Positions 38,901 through 53,400 of a stretch of DNA of 64,000 nucleotides are shown here, one piece after another (positions within the stretch are counted from its first letter, which is position 1; every line of letters begins with the position of its first letter). The notes beneath the pieces were generated by a model. The model saw only the letters and a program-made list of their open reading frames with translations. It did no database searches and was not told where the DNA came from. The position numbers and the translations under genes are program-made. Source of the DNA: Eledone cirrhosa (taxonomy: Eukaryota); contig OZ024741.1 in the NCBI GenBank assembly GCA_964016885.1, positions 102,052,001 through 102,116,000 on the forward strand, given 5' to 3'.

Positions 38901-40254
38901 CGTTTATTTTGATTTTCATTATTTTTTTGTGGGGTTAAATATTATATCCTAAAGGCATTAGAAAGCCTTTTTCATGAATCGAAGAGGAGATATTTCGTAG
39001 ATACAGAAGTGATTAACAATATACAAAAACATATACTAGTTTTGGGGGTCCACTTTTCACATTTGGCCTGTGTCTAAAACCATACTTGTCGGCCTATGTT
39101 TAAGAACTGATCTTGACACATTACCAGTTTTAGCGGAGTTCAATTCTAAACACTCATGGTTCCATTATTAGCTTTGGGTGTCTAAATCTCAGAACTAACC
39201 TGGAGCTATTAACCATTTCTGTGACTAGATTTCACAATTGGGCTGGCCCGTTTATCAGCGTAAGAAGGTCCACATTTCAAAAATGACATTGGAATATTAC
39301 GAATTTTAGGTTTCTAGCCCAACTAAACCGGAATTATTACCAACTTTGGTGTCTAAATTTCAATAGACCTGTAAATATTTCCAGCTTTGGGAGATTAGAT
39401 TTCAAATTTTGTCTGGTCCAAACACCAGCTTTAGGGACCTACATTTAATATTCTATTTGGCCCTTAATATCAATTCAGGGTGCCGATATTTCACAACTGT
39501 CCCTGGAGTAATGCCATCACTAGTAAATTTATTTTGGGGTTGACGGTGTGCTAATTTTCACATCTCACGAGTTTTGGTAGTCTACATTTGATAATAGATT
39601 CGGGCCTATTCCTAAGTTATGGAGGTTACGTTTTACATCTGACCTGGGACGATTATCAATTTCTGTAGCCTACATTTTACACTTCACCTGGTTATATAAG
39701 CAGATTTCTTTACGGAATGGGTGTACACTTCACTTCTCATCTGGGCCTATATTCTGGTTTGCATGGGCTTAATTATAAATACGGTGAAATAGCCTGATTC
39801 GTGCGTGTGTGTGTGGGGGAGGTGGTGGCTCTACATATCAATATTTGTCTGGTCTTTAATACCAATTTAGGAGGCTAATGATTCAGGACTGTCCTTGGAT
39901 AATTGACTTCACCACTAAATTTATTTAGGGGCTGTGGGTATGCTATATTTAATATCTCACGGGTTTTGGGAGTCTACATTTGAAGTGAGAGCAAATAAAA
40001 ATCCATAATTATAGACCGTGGAACTTTTAGAATTTATGGTTATCACATTAGCACAAGAATGAAAGTACAACTAGTTTTTTACTTAACAGATAATTAAAGT
40101 ATATAAGATATAATAGAGCAGCTATCGAAATAACTCTAATTAAACGTTAATGAGAGATACACATTGAAGTCTTGGACATTGTACATTGGCTGACGTTATA
40201 GCAATTAGCAAGTGGTAGTGTTGATGTAGTTAAGTATAAGAAGAACTGTTAGTT

Positions 40255-40349
40255 GCCTCGGTAGCGCAGTAGGCAGCGCGTCAGTCTCATAATCAGAAGT
40301 AATACTTGGAGGAATCTGAAGGTCGTGAGTTCGATCCTCACCTGGGGCA
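40255..40349 (+). tRNA. tRNA-Met(CAT), intron, A-type
   Basis: Same as 11259 copy. Confidence 0.95.
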
Positions 40350-41220
40350 CAATTATTTTGATCTTACTATTTTTTTGTGAGGTTCAATATTATCTTATAA
40401 AGGCATTAGAAAGCCATTTCATAAATCGAGAATGAGATATTTCGTAGATTCAGAAGTGATTGACTATATACAATGTGTTCTTTTAACCAAATTTTACACT
40501 GAATTAATGTGTACTTAGAAATGTGGTGTACATATGATATCTGTTTTGGTTATATTACCAGTTTTTCACTAATAACACGGAGATAATACCGGCATTGTGA
40601 GGGGGAAGCTATATTTTACAATAGACTTGGACCTATTACTAGTTTCGGGGACCCACATTGTACATGTGGGCCTACATTTAAGAATTGATCTTGACTTATT
40701 ACAAGCTTTAGCGGAGTTCATTTCTTAGCTCATATAGGTGCTATTATTAGCTTTGTCGGTCTAAATTTCAGAACAAAACTAGAGCTAGTAGCCGTTTCAT
40801 GAGACTTGATTTGAGAAGTGGGCTGGCCCTTTTCTCAGCGTAAGTGGGTCCAGATTTGAAACATTGACATTGGTATAGTACCAATTGTAGGTACCTACAT
40901 ATCCAACTACACCCGTCTTATTACCAACTTCGGTGTCTAAATTTCAATTGATCAGGGAGAATCTATTTCAAATTTGGTCTGGTCCAAACACCAGTATTTG
41001 GGGACCTACGGTTCACATTTGATCTGAACCTAAATATCAATTTAGGGGTCCCATATTTCACAACTATCCCTGGAGGAATGCCATCACCAGTAGATTTACT
41101 TTGGGGTTGACGGTGTGCTAATTTTCACAATGAAGTCTTGGACATTGTACCTTAGCTGACATTATAGCAATTACCACGTGATAGGATTGATGTAGTTAAA
41201 TATAAGCAGAGCTTCCAGTT

Positions 41221-41315
41221 GCCTCGGTAGCGCAGTAGGCAGCGCGTCAGTCTCATAATCAAAAGTAATAATTAGAGGAATCTGAAGGTCGTGAGTTCGA
41301 TCCTCACTTGGGGCA
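41221..41315 (+). tRNA. tRNA-Met(CAT), intron, B-type (T66)
   Basis: Same as 12225 copy. Confidence 0.92.
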
Positions 41316-42669
41316 CATTTATTTTGATTTTCATTATTTTTTTGTGGGGTTAAATATTATATCCTAAAGGCATTAGAAAGCCTTTTTCATGAATCGAAGA
41401 GGAGATATTTCGTAGATACAGAAGTGATTAACAATATACAAAAACATATACTAGTTTTGGGGGTCCACTTTTCACATTTGGCCTGTGTCTAAAACCATAC
41501 TTGTCGGCCTATGTTTAAGAACTGATCTTGACACATTACCAGTTTTAGCGGAGTTCAATTCTAAACACTCATGGTTCCATTATTAGCTTTGGGTGTCTAA
41601 ATCTCAGAACTAACCTGGAGCTATTAACCATTTCTGTGACTAGATTTCACAATTGGGCTGGCCCGTTTATCAGCGTAAGAAGGTCCACATTTCAAAAATG
41701 ACATTGGAATATTACGAATTTTAGGTTTCTAGCCCAACTAAACCGGAATTATTACCAACTTTGGTGTCTAAATTTCAATAGACCTGTAAATATTTCCAGC
41801 TTTGGGAGATTAGATTTCAAATTTTGTCTGGTCCAAACACCAGCTTTAGGGACCTACATTTAATATTCTATTTGGCCCTTAATATCAATTCAGGGTGCCG
41901 ATATTTCACAACTGTCCCTGGAGTAATGCCATCACTAGTAAATTTATTTTGGGGTTGACGGTGTGCTAATTTTCACATCTCACGAGTTTTGGTAGTCTAC
42001 ATTTGATAATAGATTCGGGCCTATTCCTAAGTTATGGAGGTTACGTTTTACATCTGACCTGGGACGATTATCAATTTCTGTAGCCTACATTTTACACTTC
42101 ACCTGGTTATATAAGCAGATTTCTTTACGGAATGGGTGTACACTTCACTTCTCATCTGGGCCTATATTCTGGTTTGCATGGGCTTAATTATAAATACGGT
42201 GAAATAGCCTGATTCGTGCGTGTGTGTGTGGGGGAGGTGGTGGCTCTACATATCAATATTTGTCTGGTCTTTAATACCAATTTAGGAGGCTAATGATTCA
42301 GGACTGTCCTTGGATAATTGACTTCACCACTAAATTTATTTAGGGGCTGTGGGTATGCTATATTTAATATCTCACGGGTTTTGGGAGTCTACATTTGAAG
42401 TGAGAGCAAATAAAAATCCATAATTATAGACCGTGGAACTTTTAGAATTTATGGTTATCACATTAGCACAAGAATGAAAGTACAACTAGTTTTTTACTTA
42501 ACAGATAATTAAAGTATATAAGATATAATAGAGCAGCTATCGAAATAACTCTAATTAAACGTTAATGAGAGATACACATTGAAGTCTTGGACATTGTACA
42601 TTGGCTGACGTTATAGCAATTAGCAAGTGGTAGTGTTGATGTAGTTAAGTATAAGAAGAACTGTTAGTT

Positions 42670-42764
42670 GCCTCGGTAGCGCAGTAGGCAGCGCGTCAGT
42701 CTCATAATCAGAAGTAATACTTGGAGGAATCTGAAGGTCGTGAGTTCGATCCTCACCTGGGGCA
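42670..42764 (+). tRNA. tRNA-Met(CAT), intron, A-type
   Basis: Same as 11259 copy. Confidence 0.95.
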
Positions 42765-43635
42765 CAATTATTTTGATCTTACTATTTTTTTGTGAGGTTC
42801 AATATTATCTTATAAAGGCATTAGAAAGCCATTTCATAAATCGAGAATGAGATATTTCGTAGATTCAGAAGTGATTGACTATATACAATGTGTTCTTTTA
42901 ACCAAATTTTACACTGAATTAATGTGTACTTAGAAATGTGGTGTACATATGATATCTGTTTTGGTTATATTACCAGTTTTTCACTAATAACACGGAGATA
43001 ATACCGGCATTGTGAGGGGGAAGCTATATTTTACAATAGACTTGGACCTATTACTAGTTTCGGGGACCCACATTGTACATGTGGGCCTACATTTAAGAAT
43101 TGATCTTGACTTATTACAAGCTTTAGCGGAGTTCATTTCTTAGCTCATATAGGTGCTATTATTAGCTTTGTCGGTCTAAATTTCAGAACAAAACTAGAGC
43201 TAGTAGCCGTTTCATGAGACTTGATTTGAGAAGTGGGCTGGCCCTTTTCTCAGCGTAAGTGGGTCCACATTTGAAACATTGACATTGGTATAGTACCAAT
43301 TGTAGGTACCTACATATCCAACTACACCCGTCTTATTACCAACTTCGGTGTCTAAATTTCAATTGATCAGGGAGAATCTATTTCAAATTTGGTCTGGTCC
43401 AAACACCAGTATTTGGGGACCTACGGTTCACATTTGATCTGACCCTAAATATCAATTTAGGGGTCCCATATTTCACAACTATCCCTGGAGGAATGCCATC
43501 ACCAGTAGATTTACTTTGGGGTTGACGGTGTGCTAATTTTCACAATGAAGTCTTGGACATTGTACCTTAGCTGACATTATAGCAATTACCACGTGATAGG
43601 ATTGATGTAGTTAAATATAAGCAGAGCTTCCAGTT

Positions 43636-43730
43636 GCCTCGGTAGCGCAGTAGGCAGCGCGTCAGTCTCATAATCAAAAGTAATAATTAGAGGAATCTGA
43701 AGGTCGTGAGTTCGATCCTCACTTGGGGCA
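43636..43730 (+). tRNA. tRNA-Met(CAT), intron, B-type (T66)
   Basis: Same as 12225 copy. Confidence 0.92.
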
Positions 43731-45091
43731 CATTTATTTTGATTTTCATTATTTTTTTGTGGGGTTAAATATTATATCCTAAAGGCATTAGAAAGCCTTT
43801 TTCATGAATCGAAGAGGAGATATTTCGTAGATACAGAAGTGATTAACAATATACAAAAACATATACTAGTTTTGGGGGTCCACTTTTCACATTTGGCCTG
43901 TGTCTAAAACCATACTTGTCGGCCTATGTTTAAGAACTGATCTTGACACATTACCAGTTTTAGCGGAGTTCAATTCTAAACACTCATGGTTCCATTATTA
44001 GCTTTGGGTGTCTAAATCTCAGAACTAACCTGGAGCTATTAACCATTTCTGTGACTAGATTTCACAATTGGGCTGGCCCGTTTATCAGCGTAAGAAGGTC
44101 CACATTTCAAAAATGACATTGGAATATTACGAATTTTAGGTTTCTAGCCCAACTAAACCGGAATTATTACCAACTTTGGTGTCTAAATTTCAATAGACCA
44201 TAAATATTTCCAGCTTTGGGAGATTAGATTTCAAATTTTGTCTGGTCCAAACACCAGCTTTGGGGACCTACATTTAATATTCTATTTGGCCCTTAATATC
44301 AATTCAGGGTGCCGATATTTCACAACTGTCCCTGGAGTAATGCCATCACTAGTAAATTTATTTTGGGGTTGACGGTGTGCTAATTTTCACATCTCACGAG
44401 TTTTGGTAGTCTACATTTGATAATAGATTCGGGCCTATTCCTAAGTTATGGAGGTTACGTTTTACATCTGACCTGGGACGATTATCAATTTCTGTAGCCT
44501 ACATTTTACACTTCACCTGGTTATATAAGCAGATTTCTTTACGGAATGGGTGTACACTTCACTTCTCATCTGGGCCTATATTCTGGTTTGCATGGGCTTA
44601 ATTATAAATACGGTGAAATAGCCTGATTCGTGCGTGTGTGTGTGTGTGGGGGGGGGGGTGTGTGGCTCTACATATCAATATTTGTCTGGTCTTTAATACC
44701 AATTTAGGAGGCTAATGATTCAGGACTGTCCTTGGATAATTGACTTCACCACGAAATTTATTTAGGGGCTGTGGGTATGCTATATTTAATATCTCACGGG
44801 TTTTGGGAGTCTACATTTGAAGTGAGAGCAAATAAAAATCCATAATTATAGACCGTGGAACTTTTAGAATTTATGGTTATCACATTAGCACAAGAATGAA
44901 AGTACAACTAGTTTTTTACTTAACAGATAATTAAAGTATATAAGATATAATAGAGCAGCTATCGAAATAACTCTAATTAAACGTTAATGAGAGATACACA
45001 TTGAAGTCTTGGACATTGTACATTGGCTGACGTTATAGCAATTAGCAAGTGGTAGTGTTGATGTAGTTAAGTATAAGAAGAACTGTTAGTT

Positions 45092-45186
45092 GCCTCGGTA
45101 GCGCAGTAGGCAGCGCGTCAGTCTCATAATCAGAAGTAATACTTGGAGGAATCTGAAGGTCGTGAGTTCGATCCTCACCTGGGGCA
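45092..45186 (+). tRNA. tRNA-Met(CAT), intron, A-type
   Basis: Same as 11259 copy. Confidence 0.95.
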
Positions 45187-46057
45187 CAATTATTTTGATC
45201 TTACTATTTTTTTGTGAGGTTCAATATTATCTTATAAAGGCATTAGAAAGCCATTTCATAAATCGAGAATGAGATATTTCGTAGATTCAGAAGTGATTGA
45301 CTATATACAATGTGTTCTTTTAACCAAATTTTACACTGAATTAATGTGTACTTAGAAATGTGGTGTACATATGATATCTGTTTTGGTTATATTACCAGTT
45401 TTTCACTAATAACACGGAGATAATACCGGCATTGTGAGGGGGAAGCTATATTTTACAATAGACTTGGACCTATTACTAGTTTCGGGGACCCACATTGTAC
45501 ATGTGGGCCTACATTTAAGAATTGATCTTGACTTATTACAAGCTTTAGCGGAGTTCATTTCTTAGCTCATATAGGTGCTATTATTAGCTTTGTCGGTCTA
45601 AATTTCAGAACAAAACTAGAGCTAGTAGCCGTTTCATGAGACTTGATTTGAGAAGTGGGCTGGCCCTTTTCTCAGCGTAAGTGGGTCCAGATTTGAAACA
45701 TTGACATTGGTATAGTACCAATTGTAGGTACCTACATATCCAACTACACCCGTCTTATTACCAACTTCGGTGTCTAAATTTCAATTGATCAGGGAGAATC
45801 TATTTCAAATTTGGTCTGGTCCAAACACCAGTATTTGGGGACCTACGGTTCACATTTGATCTGAACCTAAATATCAATTTAGGGGTCCCATATTTCACAA
45901 CTATCCCTGGAGGAATGCCATCACCAGTAGATTTACTTTGGGGTTGACGGTGTGCTAATTTTCACAATGAAGTCTTGGACATTGTACCTTAGCTGACATT
46001 ATAGCAATTACCACGTGATAGGATTGATGTAGTTAAATATAAGCAGAGCTTCCAGTT

Positions 46058-46152
46058 GCCTCGGTAGCGCAGTAGGCAGCGCGTCAGTCTCATAATCAAA
46101 AGTAATAATTAGAGGAATCTGAAGGTCGTGAGTTCGATCCTCACTTGGGGCA
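46058..46152 (+). tRNA. tRNA-Met(CAT), intron, B-type (T66)
   Basis: Same as 12225 copy. Confidence 0.92.
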
Positions 46153-47509
46153 CATTTATTTTGATTTTCATTATTTTTTTGTGGGGTTAAATATTATATC
46201 CTAAAGGCATTAGAAAGCCTTTTTCATGAATCGAAGAGGAGATATTTCGTAGATACAGAAGTGATTAACAATATACAAAAACATATACTAGTTTTGGGGG
46301 TCCACTTTTCACATTTGGCCTGTGTCTAAAACCATACTTGTCGGCCTATGTTTAAGAACTGATCTTGACACATTACCAGTTTTAGCGGAGTTCAATTCTA
46401 AACACTCATGGTTCCATTATTAGCTTTGGGTGTCTAAATCTCAGAACTAACCTGGAGCTATTAACCATTTCTGTGACTAGATTTCACAATTGGGCTGGCC
46501 CGTTTATCAGCGTAAGAAGGTCCACATTTCAAAAATGACATTGGAATATTACGAATTTTAGGTTTCTAGCCCAACTAAACCGGAATTATTACCAACTTTG
46601 GTGTCTAAATTTCAATAGACCTGTAAATATTTCCAGCTTTGGGAGATTAGATTTCAAATTTTGTCTGGTCCAAACACCAGCTTTGGGGACCTACATTTAA
46701 TATTCTATTTGGCCCTTAATATCAATTCAGGGTGCCGATATTTCACAACTGTCCCTGGAGTAATGCCATCACTAGTAAATTTATTTTGGGGTTGACGGTG
46801 TGCTAATTTTCACATCTCACGAGTTTTGGTAGTCTACATTTGATAATAGATTCGGGCCTATTCCTAAGTTATGGAGGTTACGTTTTACATCTGACCTGGG
46901 ACGATTATCAATTTCTGTAGCCTACATTTTACACTTCACCTGGTTATATAAGCAGATTTCTTTACGGAATGGGTGTACACTTCACTTCTCATCTGGGCCT
47001 ATATTCTGGTTTGCATGGGCTTAATTATAAATACGGTGAAATAGCCTGATTCGTGCGTGTGTGTGTGTGGGGGGGGGGGGTGGCTCTACATATCAATATT
47101 TGTCTGGTCTTTAATACCAATTTAGGAGGCTAATGATTCAGGACTGTCCTTGGATAATTGACTTCACCACGAAATTTATTTAGGGGCTGTGGGTATGCTA
47201 TATTTAATATCTCACGGGTTTTGGGAGTCTACATTTGAAGTGAGAGCAAATAAAAATCCATAATTATAGACCGTGGAACTTTTAGAATTTATGGTTATCA
47301 CATTAGCACAAGAATGAAAGTACAACTAGTTTTTTACTTAACAGATAATTAAAGTATATAAGATATAATAGAGCAGCTATCGAAATAACTCTAATTAAAC
47401 GTTAATGAGAGATACACATTGAAGTCTTGGACATTGTACATTGGCTGACGTTATAGCAATTAGCAAGTGGTAGTGTTGATGTAGTTAAGTATAAGAAGAA
47501 CTGTTAGTT

Positions 47510-47604
47510 GCCTCGGTAGCGCAGTAGGCAGCGCGTCAGTCTCATAATCAGAAGTAATACTTGGAGGAATCTGAAGGTCGTGAGTTCGATCCTCACCTGG
47601 GGCA
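47510..47604 (+). tRNA. tRNA-Met(CAT), intron, A-type
   Basis: Same as 11259 copy. Confidence 0.95.
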
Positions 47605-48475
47605 CAATTATTTTGATCTTACTATTTTTTTGTGAGGTTCAATATTATCTTATAAAGGCATTAGAAAGCCATTTCATAAATCGAGAATGAGATATTTCGT
47701 AGATTCAGAAGTGATTGACTATATACAATGTGTTCTTTTAACCAAATTTTACACTGAATTAATGTGTACTTAGAAATGTGGTGTACATATGATATCTGTT
47801 TTGGTTATATTACCAGTTTTTCACTAATAACACGGAGATAATACCGGCATTGTGAGGGGGAAGCTATATTTTACAATAGACTTGGACCTATTACTAGTTT
47901 CGGGGACCCACATTGTACATGTGGGCCTACATTTAAGAATTGATCTTGACTTATTACAAGCTTTAGCGGAGTTCATTTCTTAGCTCATATAGGTGCTATT
48001 ATTAGCTTTGTCGGTCTAAATTTCAGAACAAAACTAGAGCTAGTAGCCGTTTCATGAGACTTGATTTGAGAAGTGGGCTGGCCCTTTTCTCAGCGTAAGT
48101 GGGTCCAGATTTGAAACATTGACATTGGTATAGTACCAATTGTAGGTACCTACATATCCAACTACACCCGTCTTATTACCAACTTCGGTGTCTAAATTTC
48201 AATTGATCAGGGAGAATCTATTTCAAATTTGGTCTGGTCCAAACACCAGTATTTGGGGACCTACGGTTCACATTTGATCTGACCCTAAATATCAATTTAG
48301 GGGTCCCATATTTCACAACTATCCCTGGAGGAATGCCATCACCAGTAGATTTACTTTGGGGTTGACGGTGTGCTAATTTTCACAATGAAGTCTTGGACAT
48401 TGTACCTTAGCTGACATTATAGCAATTACCACGTGATAGGATTGATGTAGTTAAATATAAGCAGAGCTTCCAGTT

Positions 48476-48570
48476 GCCTCGGTAGCGCAGTAGGCAGCGC
48501 GTCAGTCTCATAATCAAAAGTAATAATTAGAGGAATCTGAAGGTCGTGAGTTCGATCCTCACTTGGGGCA
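48476..48570 (+). tRNA. tRNA-Met(CAT), intron, B-type (T66)
   Basis: Same as 12225 copy. Confidence 0.92.
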
Positions 48571-49924
48571 CGTTTATTTTGATTTTCATTATTTTTTTGT
48601 GGGGTTAAATATTATATCCTAAAGGCATTAGAAAGCCTTTTTCATGAATCGAAGAGGAGATATTTCGTAGATACAGAAGTGATTAACAATATACAAAAAC
48701 ATATACTAGTTTTGGGGGTCCACTTTTCACATTTGGCCTGTGTCTAAAACCATACTTGTCGGCCTATGTTTAAGAACTGATCTTGACACATTACCAGTTT
48801 TAGCGGAGTTCAATTCTAAACACTCATGGTTCCATTATTAGCTTTGGGTGTCTAAATCTCAGAACTAACCTGGAGCTATTAACCATTTCTGTGACTAGAT
48901 TTCACAATTGGGCTGGCCCGTTTATCAGCGTAAGAAGGTCCACATTTCAAAAATGACATTGGAATATTACGAATTTTAGGTTTCTAGCCCAATTAAACCG
49001 GAATTATTACCAACTTTGGTGTCTAAATTTCAATAGACCTGTAAATATTTCCAGCTTTGGGAGATTAGATTTCAAATTTTGTCTGGTCCAAACACCAGCT
49101 TTAGGGACCTACATTTAATATTCTATTTGGCCCTTAATATCAATTCAGGGTGCCGATATTTCACAACTGTCCCTGGAGTAATGCCATCACTAGTAAATTT
49201 ATTTTGGGGTTGACGGTGTGCTAATTTTCACATCTCACGAGTTTTGGTAGTCTACATTTGATAATAGATTCGGGCCTATTCCTAAGTTATGGAGGTTACG
49301 TTTTACATCTGACCTGGGACGATTATCAATTTCTGTAGCCTACATTTTACACTTCACCTGGTTATATAAGCAGATTTCTTTACGGAATGGGTGTACACTT
49401 CACTTCTCATCTGGGCCTATATTCTGGTTTGCATGGGCTTAATTATAAATACGGTGAAATAGCCTGATTCGTGCGTGTGTGTGTGGGGGAGGTGGTGGCT
49501 CTACATATCAATATTTGTCTGGTCTTTAATACCAATTTAGGAGGCTAATGATTCAGGACTGTCCTTGGATAATTGACTTCACCACGAAATTTATTTAGGG
49601 GCTGTGGGTATGCTATATTTAATATCTCACGGGTTTTGGGAGTCTACATTTGAAGTGAGAGCAAATAAAAATCCATAATTATAGACCGTGGAACTTTTAG
49701 AATTTATGGTTATCACATTAGCACAAGAATGAAAGTACAACTAGTTTTTTACTTAACAGATAATTAAAGTATATAAGATATAATAGAGCAGCTATCGAAA
49801 TAACTCTAATTAAACGTTAATGAGAGATACACATTGAAGTCTTGGACATTGTACATTGGCTGACGTTATAGCAATTAGCAAGTGGTAGTGTTGATGTAGT
49901 TAAGTATAAGAAGAACTGTTAGTT

Positions 49925-50019
49925 GCCTCGGTAGCGCAGTAGGCAGCGCGTCAGTCTCATAATCAGAAGTAATACTTGGAGGAATCTGAAGGTCGTGAGT
50001 TCGATCCTCACCTGGGGCA
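49925..50019 (+). tRNA. tRNA-Met(CAT), intron, A-type
   Basis: Same as 11259 copy. Confidence 0.95.
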
Positions 50020-50890
50020 CAATTATTTTGATCTTACTATTTTTTTGTGAGGTTCAATATTATCTTATAAAGGCATTAGAAAGCCATTTCATAAATCGAG
50101 AATGAGATATTTCGTAGATTCAGAAGTGATTGACTATATACAATGTGTTCTTTTAACCAAATTTTACACTGAATTAATGTGTACTTAGAAATGTGGTGTA
50201 CATATGATATCTGTTTTGGTTATATTACCAGTTTTTCACTAATAACACGGAGATAATACCGGCATTGTGAGGGGGAAGCTATATTTTACAATAGACTTGG
50301 ACCTATTACTAGTTTCGGGGACCCACATTGTACATGTGGGCCTACATTTAAGAATTGATCTTGACTTATTACAAGCTTTAGCGGAGTTCATTTCTTAGCT
50401 CATATAGGTGCTATTATTAGCTTTGTCGGTCTAAATTTCAGAACAAAACTAGAGCTAGTAGCCGTTTCATGAGACTTGATTTGAGAAGTGGGCTGGCCCT
50501 TTTCTCAGCGTAAGTGGGTCCACATTTGAAACATTGACATTGGTATAGTACCAATTGTAGGTACCTACATATCCAACTACACCCGTCTTATTACCAACTT
50601 CGGTGTCTAAATTTCAATTGATCAGGGAGAATCTATTTCAAATTTGGTCTGGTCCAAACACCAGTATTTGGGGACCTACGGTTCACATTTGATCTGACCC
50701 TAAATATCAATTTAGGGGTCCCATATTTCACAACTATCCCTGGAGGAATGCCATCACCAGTAGATTTACTTTGGGGTTGACGGTGTGCTAATTTTCACAA
50801 TGAAGTCTTGGACATTGTACCTTAGCTGACATTATAGCAATTACCACGTGATAGGATTGATGTAGTTAAATATAAGCAGAGCTTCCAGTT

Positions 50891-50985
50891 GCCTCGGTAG
50901 CGCAGTAGGCAGCGCGTCAGTCTCATAATCAAAAGTAATAATTAGAGGAATCTGAAGGTCGTGAGTTCGATCCTCACTTGGGGCA
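50891..50985 (+). tRNA. tRNA-Met(CAT), intron, B-type (T66)
   Basis: Same as 12225 copy. Confidence 0.92.
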
Positions 50986-52339
50986 CATTTATTTTGATTT
51001 TCATTATTTTTTTGTGGGGTTAAATATTATATCCTAAAGGCATTAGAAAGCCTTTTTCATGAATCGAAGAGGAGATATTTCGTAGATACAGAAGTGATTA
51101 ACAATATACAAAAACATATACTAGTTTTGGGGGTCCACTTTTCACATTTGGCCTGTGTCTAAAACCATACTTGTCGGCCTATGTTTAAGAACTGATCTTG
51201 ACACATTACCAGTTTTAGCGGAGTTCAATTCTAAACACTCATGGTTCCATTATTAGCTTTGGGTGTCTAAATCTCAGAACTAACCTGGAGCTATTAACCA
51301 TTTCTGTGACTAGATTTCACAATTGGGCTGGCCCGTTTATCAGCGTAAGAAGGTCCACATTTCAAAAATGACATTGGAATATTACGAATTTTAGGTTTCT
51401 AGCCCAACTAAACCGGAATTATTACCAACTTTGGTGTCTAAATTTCAATAGACCATAAATATTTCCAGCTTTGGGAGATTAGATTTCAAATTTTGTCTGG
51501 TCCAAACACCAGCTTTGGGGACCTACATTTAATGTTCTATTTGGCCCTTAATATCAATTCAGGGTGCCGATATTTCACAACTGTCCCTGGAGTAATGCCA
51601 TCACTAGTAAATTTATTTTGGGGTTGACGGTGTGCTAATTTTCACATCTCACGAGTTTTGGTAGTCTACATTTGATAATAGATTCGGGCCTATTCCTAAG
51701 TTATGGAGGTTACGTTTTACATCTGACCTGGGACGATTATCAATTTCTGTAGCCTACATTTTACACTTCACCTGGTTATATAAGCAGATTTCTTTACGGA
51801 ATGGGTGTACACTTCACTTCTCATCTGGGCCTATATTCTGGTTTGCATGGGCTTAATTATAAATACGGTGAAATAGCCTGATTCGTGCGTGTGTGTGTGG
51901 GGGGGGGGGGTGGCTCTACATATCAATATTTGTCTGGTCTTTAATACCAATTTAGGAGGCTAATGATTCAGGACTGTCCTTGGATAATTGACTTCACCAC
52001 GAAATTTATTTAGGGGCTGTGGGTATGCTATATTTAATATCTCACGGGTTTTGGGAGTCTACATTTGAAGTGAGAGCAAATAAAAATCCATAATTATAGA
52101 CCGTGGAACTTTTAGAATTTATGGTTATCACATTAGCACAAGAATGAAAGTACAACTAGTTTTTTACTTAACAGATAATTAAAGTATATAAGATATAATA
52201 GAGCAGCTATCGAAATAACTCTAATTAAACGTTAATGAGAGATACACATTGAAGTCTTGGACATTGTACATTGGCTGACGTTATAGCAATTAGCAAGTGG
52301 TAGTGTTGATGTAGTTAAGTATAAGAAGAACTGTTAGTT

Positions 52340-52434
52340 GCCTCGGTAGCGCAGTAGGCAGCGCGTCAGTCTCATAATCAGAAGTAATACTTGGAGGAAT
52401 CTGAAGGTCGTGAGTTCGATCCTCACCTGGGGCA
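52340..52434 (+). tRNA. tRNA-Met(CAT), intron, A-type
   Basis: Same as 11259 copy. Confidence 0.95.
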
Positions 52435-53305
52435 CAATTATTTTGATCTTACTATTTTTTTGTGAGGTTCAATATTATCTTATAAAGGCATTAGAAAGCC
52501 ATTTCATAAATCGAGAATGAGATATTTCGTAGATTCAGAAGTGATTGACTATATACAATGTGTTCTTTTAACCAAATTTTACACTGAATTAATGTGTACT
52601 TAGAAATGTGGTGTACATATGATATCTGTTTTGGTTATATTACCAGTTTTTCACTAATAACACGGAGATAATACCGGCATTGTGAGGGGGAAGCTATATT
52701 TTACAATAGACTTGGACCTATTACTAGTTTCGGGGACCCACATTGTACATGTGGGCCTACATTTAAGAATTGATCTTGACTTATTACAAGCTTTAGCGGA
52801 GTTCATTTCTTAGCTCATATAGGTGCTATTATTAGCTTTGTCGGTCTAAATTTCAGAACAAAACTAGAGCTAGTAGCCGTTTCATGAGACTTGATTTGAG
52901 AAGTGGGCTGGCCCTTTTCTCAGCGTAAGTGGGTCCAGATTTGAAACATTGACATTGGTATAGTACCAATTGTAGGTACCTACATATCCAACTACACCCG
53001 TCTTATTACCAACTTCGGTGTCTAAATTTCAATTGATCAGGGAGAATCTATTTCAAATTTGGTCTGGTCCAAACACCAGTATTTGGGGACCTACGGTTCA
53101 CATTTGATCTGAACCTAAATATCAATTTAGGGGTCCCATATTTCACAACTATCCCTGGAGGAATGCCATCACCAGTAGATTTACTTTGGGGTTGACGGTG
53201 TGCTAATTTTCACAATGAAGTCTTGGACATTGTACCTTAGCTGACATTATAGCAATTACCACGTGATAGGATTGATGTAGTTAAATATAAGCAGAGCTTC
53301 CAGTT

Positions 53306-53400
53306 GCCTCGGTAGCGCAGTAGGCAGCGCGTCAGTCTCATAATCAAAAGTAATAATTAGAGGAATCTGAAGGTCGTGAGTTCGATCCTCACTTGGGGCA
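53306..53400 (+). tRNA. tRNA-Met(CAT), intron, B-type (T66)
   Basis: Same as 12225 copy. Confidence 0.92.
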
